DNA of 64,000 bases. It comes from Clostridia bacterium. Its GTDB lineage: Bacteria > Bacillota > Clostridia > UMGS1840. Location of the stretch: NCBI GenBank assembly GCA_017468465.1, contig JAFUIN010000018.1, positions 9,766 through 73,765 of the forward strand, given 5' to 3'. This document shows positions 1 through 8,824 of this stretch, in pieces. The stretch's first letter is position 1. Every line of letters begins with the position of its first letter. The position numbers and the translations under genes were made by a program. A model generated the notes under the pieces. The model was not told the DNA's origin. It saw only the letters and a program-made list of their open reading frames with translations, and made no database searches.

Positions 1-20
1 AGGCTTCGTATTCTTCGATT

Positions 21-749
21 CTATCCTTTGTGAGTTCGGTTACCATAGTTTAAGATATATCCTTTCGCAAGATTTTCAATTTCATTGGGAAGGGGAGGAA
101 AGTCGGGAAATGTTTTATATTTTCGTTCTGCCGCTTTGGCAATCAGAAGGTCAGAAAGCTCGGGATTGCTTGGCAGAAGAGGACCGGTGAGATAGGTGCC
201 GTAAATATTTTTATACATCACGCCTTCTGTTTTATCTTCACCATTATTGCCGTTGCCGCTTAACACATTGCCTAACGCGGTAACGCCCTTTCCTAAAAAG
301 GTTTGTCCGTTGTGGTTTTCAAAGCCTACCAGCACACCGAAGGAGGTGTTTAAGGAAATGCTTCCTGTCAGCTTCTTTGCTCCCTCCCGGGTGGTCATGT
401 CCACCAGAGAAAGACCGGTATGTTCTTTGCCGCGAATGGAATAGGCGTGTCCCAAAAGAGGATATCCGCTTGCTGTGGCAAGAAGGACGCCGCCGTCATC
501 CCGGTAAGACAGGAGAGTTTCTTTGTGTTGGGACAGCTTTTGTGCTACCCGTGGAAGGTCATGGTCGCTTCCACCGCCTAAGTAAATGATATCAGCAGCT
601 TGAAAGGGAATGGGTTCTTCTATAGAACAGGTAAGAACCTCTGCTTCAATCCCGCGGAGTGCACAGCGCTTTTTCAGCACAGTGATGTTGCCGCGGTCAC
701 CGTATAAATTCAAAAGCTCGGGGAACAACTGTAAGATGGTCAGTTTCAT
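21..749 (-). CDS. gatD: GatD-like subunit of lipid II isoglutaminyl synthase (CobB/CobQ-type GATase_3 fold). Catalytic Cys and His positions are substituted.
   Basis: 242 aa, collinear with S. aureus GatD as I recall it (LGGGSD, VGFENH, GTYLxGP blocks). Its ATGA start overlaps the murT stop. The family motif xICGGYQ reads TASGYP and GTYLHG reads GTYLTG. Confidence 0.8.
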   Translation of the reverse strand: MKLTILQLFPELLNLYGDRGNITVLKKRCALRGIEAEVLTCSIEEPIPFQAADIIYLGGGSDHDLPRVAQKLSQHKETLLSYRDDGGVLLATASGYPLLGHAYSIRGKEHTGLSLVDMTTREGAKKLTGSISLNTSFGVLVGFENHNGQTFLGKGVTALGNVLSGNGNNGEDKTEGVMYKNIYGTYLTGPLLPSNPELSDLLIAKAAERKYKTFPDFPPLPNEIENLAKGYILNYGNRTHKG

Positions 750-2110
750 TTTTGTTCCCCCTTTTTTTGTTGTTTTTGATATAGTTTTACCTCTTTTTCC
801 AACGCATCTTTTGCATCAAAAATCAAGGTGTAGTTTACCAGTACATAGACCACTTCGCAATCGGTTTTCAAAAAATCCATTGCCAAGGGCACAGGGTCCG
901 GATTCATTGCCGGACTGTCACACACTTCTGTATAATAAAGGCGAAGCGCCATATCGTATAAGCGTTTTCCCGACACACCGTATGCAGTGCAGTTGGTCAG
1001 TTCTTCAAAATTTACATCATACAGCCAGGAAATATCGCATCCGTCGGAAGGCATATCGTTGATGCCGATGACCACTGCTTTTTTGCGGGGATCGTTTAAG
1101 AGGGTTGCAATGGCCTGATTAAAGCCTGCCGGATTTTTTGCCAGGTTGAGAACAACCGGCTTGGAAAGGGGAAACACTTCCATTCGTGCAGTTTGCGGAC
1201 GGTAGCTTTGAAAGGCTTCGGTGTAGTTTGCAATGCGCAGCTCCAAAAGCTCTGCCACTGCCATCGCAGCAAGCATATTGTAAATGTTATAAAAGCCAAA
1301 AATTTCTGCAGAAACTGTTTCGGTTTGGTTGAAGGTAAACTGTATTGCAGGCTCACACACTACATCGGTTGCTGAAAAATCCGGAGTGGGACGTTTGAAA
1401 TCGCAGTTGGGACAAGCATAATTGCCCAGCTGATTATAGTGATAATATTCGTAGGAAAGAGGAGCGTTACAAAAGAGACAATTTCTGCCTTCTTTTTCTT
1501 CGGTCAGCGGTTGGTCTACCCTCTGTGATACACCAAAGGTGACACACCGGTTGGAGACAGCTTTGGTGAAATAACTGCTCATGGGGTCGTCTGCATTCAG
1601 GCAAAGAAGCGCCTCCGGTGCTTTCTCAATGGCAATTTCCAGCTGTTTTAAGGTTTGGTCGATTTCTCCGTAGCGGTCCATCTGGTCACGGAATAAATTG
1701 GTTACCACGATGATATCGGGAGAAAGATGGTCAAATACGATTTTCGCAGTGGCTTCGTCAATTTCCAATACGGCATAGTCGGCCTTCAGCGCGCCAAAGA
1801 GCGAGGCTTTTGAAAGGTAGGCAGTTGCTACGCCGTCAAACATATTGGCGCCCACACAGTTGCAAACGGTGGAATACCCGCTTTTCAAAAGCAGTGTGTT
1901 AATCATATTGTTGGTGGTAGTTTTTCCGTTGGTGCCAAGCACACAAATGGTTTCGTATTTTACTTTTTGGGAGAGCATTCTGACAGCTTGCGGGCAGATT
2001 TTCAGCGCAAGTCTGCCGGGAGCAGAGGAGCTTCGTTTTCCCATCAGCTTGCCGACAAAAATCAGAAATTTACAAACCAGAATGCTTGCAATCAGCTGTA
2101 ATTGTTTCAT
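746..2110 (-). CDS. murT: MurT, Mur-ligase-type subunit of lipid II isoglutaminyl synthase
   Basis: 454 aa with a GTNGKTTT P-loop, a four-Cys ribbon (CLFC...CPNC) and the C-terminal DGCDISWLYD block. Translationally coupled to gatD. Confidence 0.85.
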   Translation of the reverse strand: MKQLQLIASILVCKFLIFVGKLMGKRSSSAPGRLALKICPQAVRMLSQKVKYETICVLGTNGKTTTNNMINTLLLKSGYSTVCNCVGANMFDGVATAYLSKASLFGALKADYAVLEIDEATAKIVFDHLSPDIIVVTNLFRDQMDRYGEIDQTLKQLEIAIEKAPEALLCLNADDPMSSYFTKAVSNRCVTFGVSQRVDQPLTEEKEGRNCLFCNAPLSYEYYHYNQLGNYACPNCDFKRPTPDFSATDVVCEPAIQFTFNQTETVSAEIFGFYNIYNMLAAMAVAELLELRIANYTEAFQSYRPQTARMEVFPLSKPVVLNLAKNPAGFNQAIATLLNDPRKKAVVIGINDMPSDGCDISWLYDVNFEELTNCTAYGVSGKRLYDMALRLYYTEVCDSPAMNPDPVPLAMDFLKTDCEVVYVLVNYTLIFDAKDALEKEVKLYQKQQKKGEQK

Positions 2111-2132
2111 CTTTTGTTCCTCTTATATGTTG

Positions 2133-3800
2133 TTACACTTCCATAATAATAGGAAGAATCATGGGCGAACGCTTGATTTTTTTGTAAAGAAAATCTGAAA
2201 CTGCGTTACGCATTTCATTTTTTAAGGTGGACCAGTCAGTAACATTTCGTTGAAGCAGACTTTCTAATGCTTCCGTGGCCACCAGACGGGTTTCTTCCAT
2301 CAGTTCTTCGCTTTCCCGCATATATACAAATCCACGGGAAATAATATCGGGGCCGGACAGCACTTGATTGTTCTGGGAAGACAGCGACACGACAATGACA
2401 ATCAGCCCATCCTGAGACAGGTGCTTTCTGTCACGCAGCACAATGTTGCCCACATCTCCCACCGAAAGACCTGCCACAAACACCTTTCCTGCGGGAACGC
2501 TGCCTGCGGGTTTTGCCTGGCTTTTGGAAACAGTGAGTACATTGCCCAGCTGCAGAATGAAAATTCTGTCTTCTGGAATGCCCACCTCCATCGCCAGATT
2601 TTTGTGGTGGATGAGATGCTTATATTCGCCATGAATGGGCATGAAAAACTTCGGTTTGGTAAGCGCTAAAATAATTTTCAGCTCTTCCCGACAGGCGTGG
2701 CCGGAAACGTGCACGTCTGCAAGATTGTCATACACCACCGAGCAACCCCGCTTAAACAGCTCGTTTACCACGGTGGAAACCAGCTTTTCGTTTCCGGGGA
2801 TGGGGTTGGCGCTTAACACCACCAAATCGTTGGAATTAAGCTCTACCTTGCGGTGTGCCGAAAATGCCATGCGGTGCAGTCCGCTCATGGGTTCGCCCTG
2901 GCTTCCGGTGGTGATAATGGTCAGATGTTCGTTGTTATAATTTTTGATGTTATCAATGTCAATGAGGGTGCCTTTTGGAATTTTCATATAGCCAAGCTCC
3001 TGAGCAACCTGCACGATGTTTTCCATGCTTCTGCCCGAAACGGCAACCTTTCGGTTGTAGCGGACAGAGGCGTCAATAATTTGCTGCACACGGTGCACGT
3101 TGGATGCAAAGGTAGCAATGATAATTCTTTTTTTGGGGTTGGAAATAAAAATGTCGTTTAAGGCTTTCCCAACCGAACGCTCGCTTTGCGTATAGCCGGG
3201 ACGCTCTGCATTGGTAGATTCGGACAACAGCAGTGTAACGCCTTTTTTTCCCAGCTCTCCAAATCTTGCCAGGTCTATCATATTGCCCGAAACGGGAGTG
3301 GTGTCAATTTTGAAGTCACCGGTGTGCAAAATGATGCCCTCAGGGGTATGAATTGCAATGGCAACCGAATCTGCAATGGAGTGGTTGGTGTGGATAAATT
3401 CCACCATGACGTCGCCGAATTTTAAGGTATCGCCTGCGTTGACCTGATTTAAGGCAACCTTTGAGAGCAGATTATGCTCTTTGAGCTTAAATTTTACAAG
3501 ACCAATGGTCAGCTTTGTACCAAACACAGGGATGGCGCATTCCTTCATCAGATAAGGGATGCCGCCGATGTGGTCCTCGTGACCGTGAGTCAGCACCAAA
3601 GCCTTGAATTTGTCTTTGTTTTTCACGATGTAAGAATAGTCGGGAATGACCAGGTCAACCCCCAACATATTTTCATCGGGGAAGGCAATTCCGCAATCAA
3701 TTAAAATTCCGATATCTCCGTACTCAATAGCGGTCAGGTTTTTGCCGATTTCGTGAAGACCGCCCAGGGGAATTACCTTCAGTATTTTCTTTTTTGCCAC
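2133..3800 (-). CDS. rnj: Ribonuclease J
   Basis: Metallo-beta-lactamase/beta-CASP protein with HGHEDHIGG. Start moved to the GTG at 3800, which follows AGGAGG (VAKKKILKVIPLGG); the longer ORF-track start has no RBS. Confidence 0.9.
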   Translation of the reverse strand: MAKKKILKVIPLGGLHEIGKNLTAIEYGDIGILIDCGIAFPDENMLGVDLVIPDYSYIVKNKDKFKALVLTHGHEDHIGGIPYLMKECAIPVFGTKLTIGLVKFKLKEHNLLSKVALNQVNAGDTLKFGDVMVEFIHTNHSIADSVAIAIHTPEGIILHTGDFKIDTTPVSGNMIDLARFGELGKKGVTLLLSESTNAERPGYTQSERSVGKALNDIFISNPKKRIIIATFASNVHRVQQIIDASVRYNRKVAVSGRSMENIVQVAQELGYMKIPKGTLIDIDNIKNYNNEHLTIITTGSQGEPMSGLHRMAFSAHRKVELNSNDLVVLSANPIPGNEKLVSTVVNELFKRGCSVVYDNLADVHVSGHACREELKIILALTKPKFFMPIHGEYKHLIHHKNLAMEVGIPEDRIFILQLGNVLTVSKSQAKPAGSVPAGKVFVAGLSVGDVGNIVLRDRKHLSQDGLIVIVVSLSSQNNQVLSGPDIISRGFVYMRESEELMEETRLVATEALESLLQRNVTDWSTLKNEMRNAVSDFLYKKIKRSPMILPIIMEV

Positions 3801-3976
3801 AATGATCCTCCTATAGTAAATTAGTAATCCGATACTAAAAATTTTTCCGAACAAACTATCTAATTAAGTATAGCACAAATTTTAGCTTCTGTCAATTATA
3901 TAACAGTATTATTTCTCTTCCTTTTTGAAAATAATCAAAATATTGGAAAAACCTTTTCCAAATCCGGAAAAAATAC

Positions 3977-4005
3977 TTTACAAAAACAAAAAACTGTGCT
4001 ATAGT
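3977..4005 (+). promoter_or_regulatory. Predicted sigma-A promoter of nfnAB
   Basis: TTTACA, 17-nt spacer, TGC-TATAGT (extended -10). Confidence 0.5.
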
Positions 4006-4134
4006 AAGATAATATTATAGAAGTTATAAATAGTGTAAAATGAGGAATTTGAAACTTTTTACCGCAATTATCGTCAAATTTGAGCAACATTTGTCAAAAG
4101 GTCTCGTTTTGCATTAGAAAGTGAGGTTAGATAT

Positions 4135-4983
4135 ATGTTTTTGGTAACCAAAAGAAAAGAGCTCAATCCCACCGTCACTCTGATGGAGGTGGAAGCTCCT
4201 CGTATTGCCAAAAAAGCAAAAGCAGGTCAGTTTATCATCTTAAGAGTGGATGAGGATGGAGAGCGGATTCCTCTGACGGTTGCGGATACCAACCCCGAAG
4301 CAGGGACTGTCACCATTATTTTTCAGATTGTGGGCGCTACTACCGAAAAACTCAACCATATTCCCCAAGGCGGATATCTTCATGATTTTGTTGGGCCTCT
4401 TGGTGTTCCTTCAGCGATAGAAGGGCTGAAAAAGGTAGCAGTTGTTGGTGGCGGTGTTGGCTGTGCCATTGCGTATCCCATTGCCAAAGCATTGCATAAT
4501 CAGGGTACCCAGGTGCATTCCATTGTAGGCTTCCGTAATCGGGATTTAGTGATTTTAGAAGACGAGTTTAAGGAAGCAAGCGACATTTTGAAGCTGATGA
4601 CAGATGACGGCTCCTACGGAGAAAAAGGGCTGGTCACAGATGCGTTGAAAGCATTGATTGAAAGCGGAGAAGAATATGACGAGGTAATCGCTATCGGTCC
4701 CCTGGTAATGATGAAGTTTGTGTCAAAGCTGACAAAAGAATATGGCATCAAAACCACTGTCAGCATGAATCCTATTATGATAGACGGCACGGGCATGTGT
4801 GGGGGATGCCGTTTGACAGTTGGCGGAGAAACCAAATTTGCCTGTGTAGACGGACCGGATTTTGACGGTCATTTGGTAGATTTTGATGAAGCAATTCAGC
4901 GTTCCCGTATGTATTTCGGAACAGAACGCCATCAGCATGAAGCAACCTGTAATTTGTTTAAGGGGGTAAAAGAAGATGCCTAA
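4135..4983 (+). CDS. nfnA: NfnA-type ferredoxin-NADP+ oxidoreductase small subunit (PyrK-like FAD/[2Fe-2S])
   Basis: 282 aa, PyrK-like fold with C-terminal CGGCRLTVGG...FACVDGPDF. Overlaps and precedes a GltD-like subunit. Confidence 0.8.
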   Translation: MFLVTKRKELNPTVTLMEVEAPRIAKKAKAGQFIILRVDEDGERIPLTVADTNPEAGTVTIIFQIVGATTEKLNHIPQGGYLHDFVGPLGVPSAIEGLKKVAVVGGGVGCAIAYPIAKALHNQGTQVHSIVGFRNRDLVILEDEFKEASDILKLMTDDGSYGEKGLVTDALKALIESGEEYDEVIAIGPLVMMKFVSKLTKEYGIKTTVSMNPIMIDGTGMCGGCRLTVGGETKFACVDGPDFDGHLVDFDEAIQRSRMYFGTERHQHEATCNLFKGVKEDA

Positions 4984-6361
4984 TATGTCACCCAAAAAGA
5001 ATCCCATGCCTCATCAGGACCCCAATGTGCGCAACAAAAACTTTCAGGAGGTTGCATTGGGTTATACTTTGGAGCAGGCAAAAGACGAAGCGGAAAGATG
5101 CTTGCAGTGTAAGCATAAACCGTGCGTAGGCGGATGCCCTGTTGCCATTGATATTCCTGCCTTTATTCAGAAAATTAAGGAAGAAGATTTAGAAGGAGCG
5201 TATGAAATTATCAATCGTTCCAGCTCTTTGCCTGCTGTTTGCGGCAGAGTGTGTCCCCAGGAAACTCAGTGTGAAGCACGTTGTGTCAGAGGAATCAAAG
5301 GGGAACCGGTTGCTATTGGACGTCTGGAACGTTTTGTTGCAGACTGGCATCGTCTGAATGTAGAAAAAGAGCCCAAGCTTGCAGCGAAAAACGGACATAA
5401 GGTAGCGGTAATCGGTGCCGGTCCGGCAGGGTTAACCTGTGCGGGGGATTTGGCGAAAGCCGGATGCGAGGTTACCATTTTTGAGGCACTTCACGTTGCC
5501 GGAGGGGTTTTGGTATACGGAATTCCGGAATTTCGTTTGCCAAAAGCCATTGTTCATGACGAAATTGAAAAGCTCAAACAAATTGGTGTAACCATTGAAA
5601 CCAACACTGTAGTCGGAAAAGCAGTATCGGTTGATGAGCTGTTTGAAGAAGGTTTTGAAGCCGTGTTTATCGGTTCCGGAGCGGGGCTTCCCAGATTTAT
5701 GAATATCAAGGGTGAAAACTTAAATGGCGTATTTTCCGCCAACGAGTTTTTAACCCGTATCAATCTGATGAAAGCTTACCGTGAGGATTCTTCCACTCCT
5801 GTTCACCACGGGAAAAACGTGGCAGTTGTGGGAGGCGGTAATGTTGCTATGGATGCCGCACGCTGCGCAAAACGGCTGGGTGCAGAAAATGTTTATATTG
5901 TATACCGTCGTTCGCTGGATGAAATGCCTGCCAGAAAAGAAGAAGTGGAGCACGCAATGGAAGAAGGCATTATCTTCAAAGTGCTTTGTAACCCAGTGGA
6001 AATTCTGGGAGATGAAAACAACTTCGTTTCCGGCTTACAATGTGTGGAAATGGAACTTGGAGAGCCGGATGAATCGGGCAGAAGAAAACCGGTTGTAAAA
6101 GAAAACAGCCAGTTTTTGCTGGATGTAGATTGTGTGATTATGTCGATCGGAACTTCTCCCAATCCGCTCATTAAAAGCACCACCAAGGGGTTGGAAACCA
6201 ACAAGCACGGCTGTATTGTTACCGAAGAAAACGGCTTAACCTCTCGCGAGGGTGTCTATGCCGGTGGTGATGCGGTAACGGGGGCTGCAACCGTAATTCT
6301 GGCAATGGGTGCCGGAAAAACCGCAGCACATTCCATTTTGGAATATTTGGAAAATAAATAA
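4976..6361 (+). CDS. nfnB: NfnB / glutamate synthase small-chain-like NADPH oxidoreductase subunit
   Basis: 461 aa with N-terminal Cys clusters (CLQCKHKPCVGGCP), a GAGPAGL dinucleotide fold and a second GGGNVAMD fold. Confidence 0.85.
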   Translation: MPNMSPKKNPMPHQDPNVRNKNFQEVALGYTLEQAKDEAERCLQCKHKPCVGGCPVAIDIPAFIQKIKEEDLEGAYEIINRSSSLPAVCGRVCPQETQCEARCVRGIKGEPVAIGRLERFVADWHRLNVEKEPKLAAKNGHKVAVIGAGPAGLTCAGDLAKAGCEVTIFEALHVAGGVLVYGIPEFRLPKAIVHDEIEKLKQIGVTIETNTVVGKAVSVDELFEEGFEAVFIGSGAGLPRFMNIKGENLNGVFSANEFLTRINLMKAYREDSSTPVHHGKNVAVVGGGNVAMDAARCAKRLGAENVYIVYRRSLDEMPARKEEVEHAMEEGIIFKVLCNPVEILGDENNFVSGLQCVEMELGEPDESGRRKPVVKENSQFLLDVDCVIMSIGTSPNPLIKSTTKGLETNKHGCIVTEENGLTSREGVYAGGDAVTGAATVILAMGAGKTAAHSILEYLENK

Positions 6362-6365
6362 AAAA

Positions 6366-6401
6366 ATGGTTACCTGCAAGAAACAGGTAACCATTTTTTT
6401 T
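6366..6401. terminator. Bidirectional intrinsic terminator (nfnB / patatin gene)
   Basis: Perfect 11-bp stem ATGGTTACCTG/CAGGTAACCAT with an A-run before and a T-run after. Confidence 0.7.
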
Positions 6402-7665
6402 AGGATGGGATTAAATCAAAGGTGGCAAGGTAAAAAGCAGCAACCGATTCTTTTGGAAACAGACCGGCAACCCGAAAAATTGCCTCCGGCGTTTTGGAAA
6501 ACAGCAGTGCTAAAAATATGGTTACAGCTTTTTGGTCCAGTTGTTTTAGAAAATTGCCCTTCAGGGAAAGCTTTTTCTTTTGAAAATTTTCATACACTTC
6601 GTTTATGTTTTTTTCTTCCATAACCGATAGAACCCGATGTTTTAATGTCTCGTGGAAGGAATCAAAGGTGTAGAGGGTAAGAGGAGATAATTCCAAAATG
6701 CTTCCTGCTGTTTCTGCGGCGGTTTCCAGCATGACAGGAAAGGTTAAGGGGCGTGTGGTGCTGCCCTGCAGAAATTTTTCCATGGCGGTATAGGCTGATA
6801 AATCTAAAAGATTGCCTTTCAACCGACGATTTTGGAAAAATTCCTTTTGTTTTTTTAATGTGACGTGCTTGCTTTTTGCCAAACGGGAAAACTCATGCTT
6901 GGCAAAGGTAAAAAGAGTTCCGTCAAAGAAGGAAAAGGCTTTTAAGGTGTCTAAATAGCCCAAACGGATATTTCGTTTTGCGGTGTCCTTTTCAAAAATC
7001 AGAAAATTACCCAAATCGTACCGGGGGCAGATGTAGACTGTGTTTTTATCGTTTGACAGCTCTTTAATGTTTGTTTGCACCAGACCTACCGATTCCAAAT
7101 TGACCACAATCAATCGGTCTGCGCCTCTCTTTTTGGCAAGGGAAACGGGCATATTATCATAATATCCGCCGTCGATGTATTCAGTGCCTCCGATACTGTG
7201 GCTTTTGACTGCCGGATAGCAGGAGGCGCTTGCTAAAAGATAGTCGTTGAGTTTTCCGTGAGGGATTTCGTCTGTGTATAGCTGACAAGGTTCGAGCCCT
7301 TTCTTTTTTACGGTTACCAATCCAAATTCGACAGGGGAAAGGCGAATTGTGTTTTCGTCAAGACAGGTTTCCAAAAGGTTTTTCAATCCGTCGGCAGTAG
7401 CTCCGCCACGTCGGAAGAATTCTTTGGCATATTCAGACAAGGTAGCTTTTTCTTTCAAGTCAAAGACCATTTTGGTGTCGATGGTTTCCCAGACCTTCAA
7501 AGCAGTATCAAAAGAATTTTGCGCAATGAGCGCACCGTTTAAGGCACCGACGGAGGTTCCTGTCACAATATGGATGGGAATATCCATTTCACGCAGTGCC
7601 TGCCAGACACCGATTTGGTATGCACCACGGGAGCCGCCCCCTGCTAAAACCAATGCGGTTTTCAC
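6400..7665 (-). CDS. Patatin-like phospholipase
   Basis: GGGSRGAYQIG oxyanion motif, GTSVGA (GxSxG) and DGGYYDN Asp motif. Start placed at the GTG at 7665 after AAAGAGGTG. Confidence 0.85.
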   Translation of the reverse strand: MKTALVLAGGGSRGAYQIGVWQALREMDIPIHIVTGTSVGALNGALIAQNSFDTALKVWETIDTKMVFDLKEKATLSEYAKEFFRRGGATADGLKNLLETCLDENTIRLSPVEFGLVTVKKKGLEPCQLYTDEIPHGKLNDYLLASASCYPAVKSHSIGGTEYIDGGYYDNMPVSLAKKRGADRLIVVNLESVGLVQTNIKELSNDKNTVYICPRYDLGNFLIFEKDTAKRNIRLGYLDTLKAFSFFDGTLFTFAKHEFSRLAKSKHVTLKKQKEFFQNRRLKGNLLDLSAYTAMEKFLQGSTTRPLTFPVMLETAAETAGSILELSPLTLYTFDSFHETLKHRVLSVMEEKNINEVYENFQKKKLSLKGNFLKQLDQKAVTIFLALLFSKTPEAIFRVAGLFPKESVAAFYLATFDLIPS

Positions 7666-7856
7666 GAAAATCACCTCTTTTTCTGCACGATGATGCGATA
7701 TGTAATATAGAAGAAACGCTTGCTTTTTTATTAGTATATCGCATTTATTGCAAAATATCAACTAAAAAATGGATAAAGTTGTGACGAATTATTTGACAGG
7801 GTGGGGCTTTTATGATATGATACAAGTAAGAAAATTTTGGAAAGGAAACAAATGCT

Positions 7857-8660
7857 ATGGCAAAAATTGTAGCAAAAAAATCTTTGGGACAAAACTTTTT
7901 GCAGGATACTTCGGTTATTGAAAACATAGTGATGCAGTCAGGAGTCAACAAAGATACCGACGTGCTGGAAATCGGTCCCGGTCTTGGTGCAGTAACCGAC
8001 TTGCTGGTAGAACGGGCGCGAAAGGTAGTGGCAGTGGAAATTGATGACCGCCTATATCATAATCTTGTGAAAAAACATGGAGACAGAGACAATTTTTCCA
8101 TTCTCAATCAGGATATTCTGGAAACCGACCTTTCCAAAATTGTGACGGATAATATGATTGTTGTGGCAAATTTGCCCTATTATATTACAACTCCCATCAT
8201 CACCATGCTGGTAGAGAATCCCTGTGGGCTGAAGTCGCTGACGGTGATGGTACAGTTAGAGGTGGCAAAGCGTATCTGTGCCGACCACACGCAAAAAGAT
8301 TACGGTGCTATTTCGGTGTTTTCCAATTATCATTGTGATACCGAGCTATTGTTTACCGTGCCGCCGGAAGCCTTTGACCCTGTTCCGAAAGTTACCTCTG
8401 CAGTTATGAAATTAACCTTCCGGAAAGAAAAAGCGGTATCACCCCGGGATGAAAAGCACTTTTTCTCGGTGGTAAAAGCGGCGTTTTCCAACAGAAGAAA
8501 AACTTTGGCAAACTGCCTGATGCAGAATTTCAAGCTGGGGCGTGAAGAGGTCAATGCGCTGCTTTCGTCCTGCGGACTTTCGGAAACTGTCCGCGGTGAA
8601 AAGCTCAGCCTGGAGGAGTTCAGGACATTAAGTGATAAAATGCTGTCTTGTAAAAAATAA
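7857..8660 (+). CDS. rsmA: 16S rRNA (adenine1518/1519-N6)-dimethyltransferase
   Basis: 267 aa with KKSLGQNFL, EIGPGLG and NLPYYI motifs. TTGACA-17-TATGAT promoter at 7793-7821. Confidence 0.9.
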   Translation: MAKIVAKKSLGQNFLQDTSVIENIVMQSGVNKDTDVLEIGPGLGAVTDLLVERARKVVAVEIDDRLYHNLVKKHGDRDNFSILNQDILETDLSKIVTDNMIVVANLPYYITTPIITMLVENPCGLKSLTVMVQLEVAKRICADHTQKDYGAISVFSNYHCDTELLFTVPPEAFDPVPKVTSAVMKLTFRKEKAVSPRDEKHFFSVVKAAFSNRRKTLANCLMQNFKLGREEVNALLSSCGLSETVRGEKLSLEEFRTLSDKMLSCKK

Positions 8661-8696
8661 AGAATCAATTTTTTTGAGAAAAATTAGAAAAAACAC

Positions 8697-8725
8697 TTGC
8701 AAAATAAAATAGGATGTGTTATAGT
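8697..8725 (+). promoter_or_regulatory. Predicted promoter of the PEPCK gene
   Basis: TTGCAA, 17-nt spacer, TGT-TATAGT. Confidence 0.5.
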
Positions 8726-8824
8726 AATGGTATAATGGCTGAGAATAGGATTTTTTCAAAAACCATTATGTTGAAAATTGATTAAAAATTTATTCTATAA
8801 ATAAGAAAAAAGGAGTTTTTGACA

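Noticed and set aside
2133-3854. Longer N-terminal extensions offered by the ORF track for RNase J, the patatin protein (7761), recA (12120), leuA (19457), leuB (22720), prs (36866), the glmU fragment (37645), spoVG (38034), trmL (49738), scfB (50174), mntP (54893), the glycosidase (58300) and the stalk-domain protein (18488)
   Set aside because: In each case an internal start preceded by a Shine-Dalgarno sequence matches the conserved family N-terminus. The extension overlaps an upstream gene, promoter or terminator.
6400-7665. The patatin-like phospholipase as the effector of a defence system (CBASS-like)
   Set aside because: It stands alone between nfnB and ksgA, with no cyclase, sensor or other defence-associated partner gene nearby.
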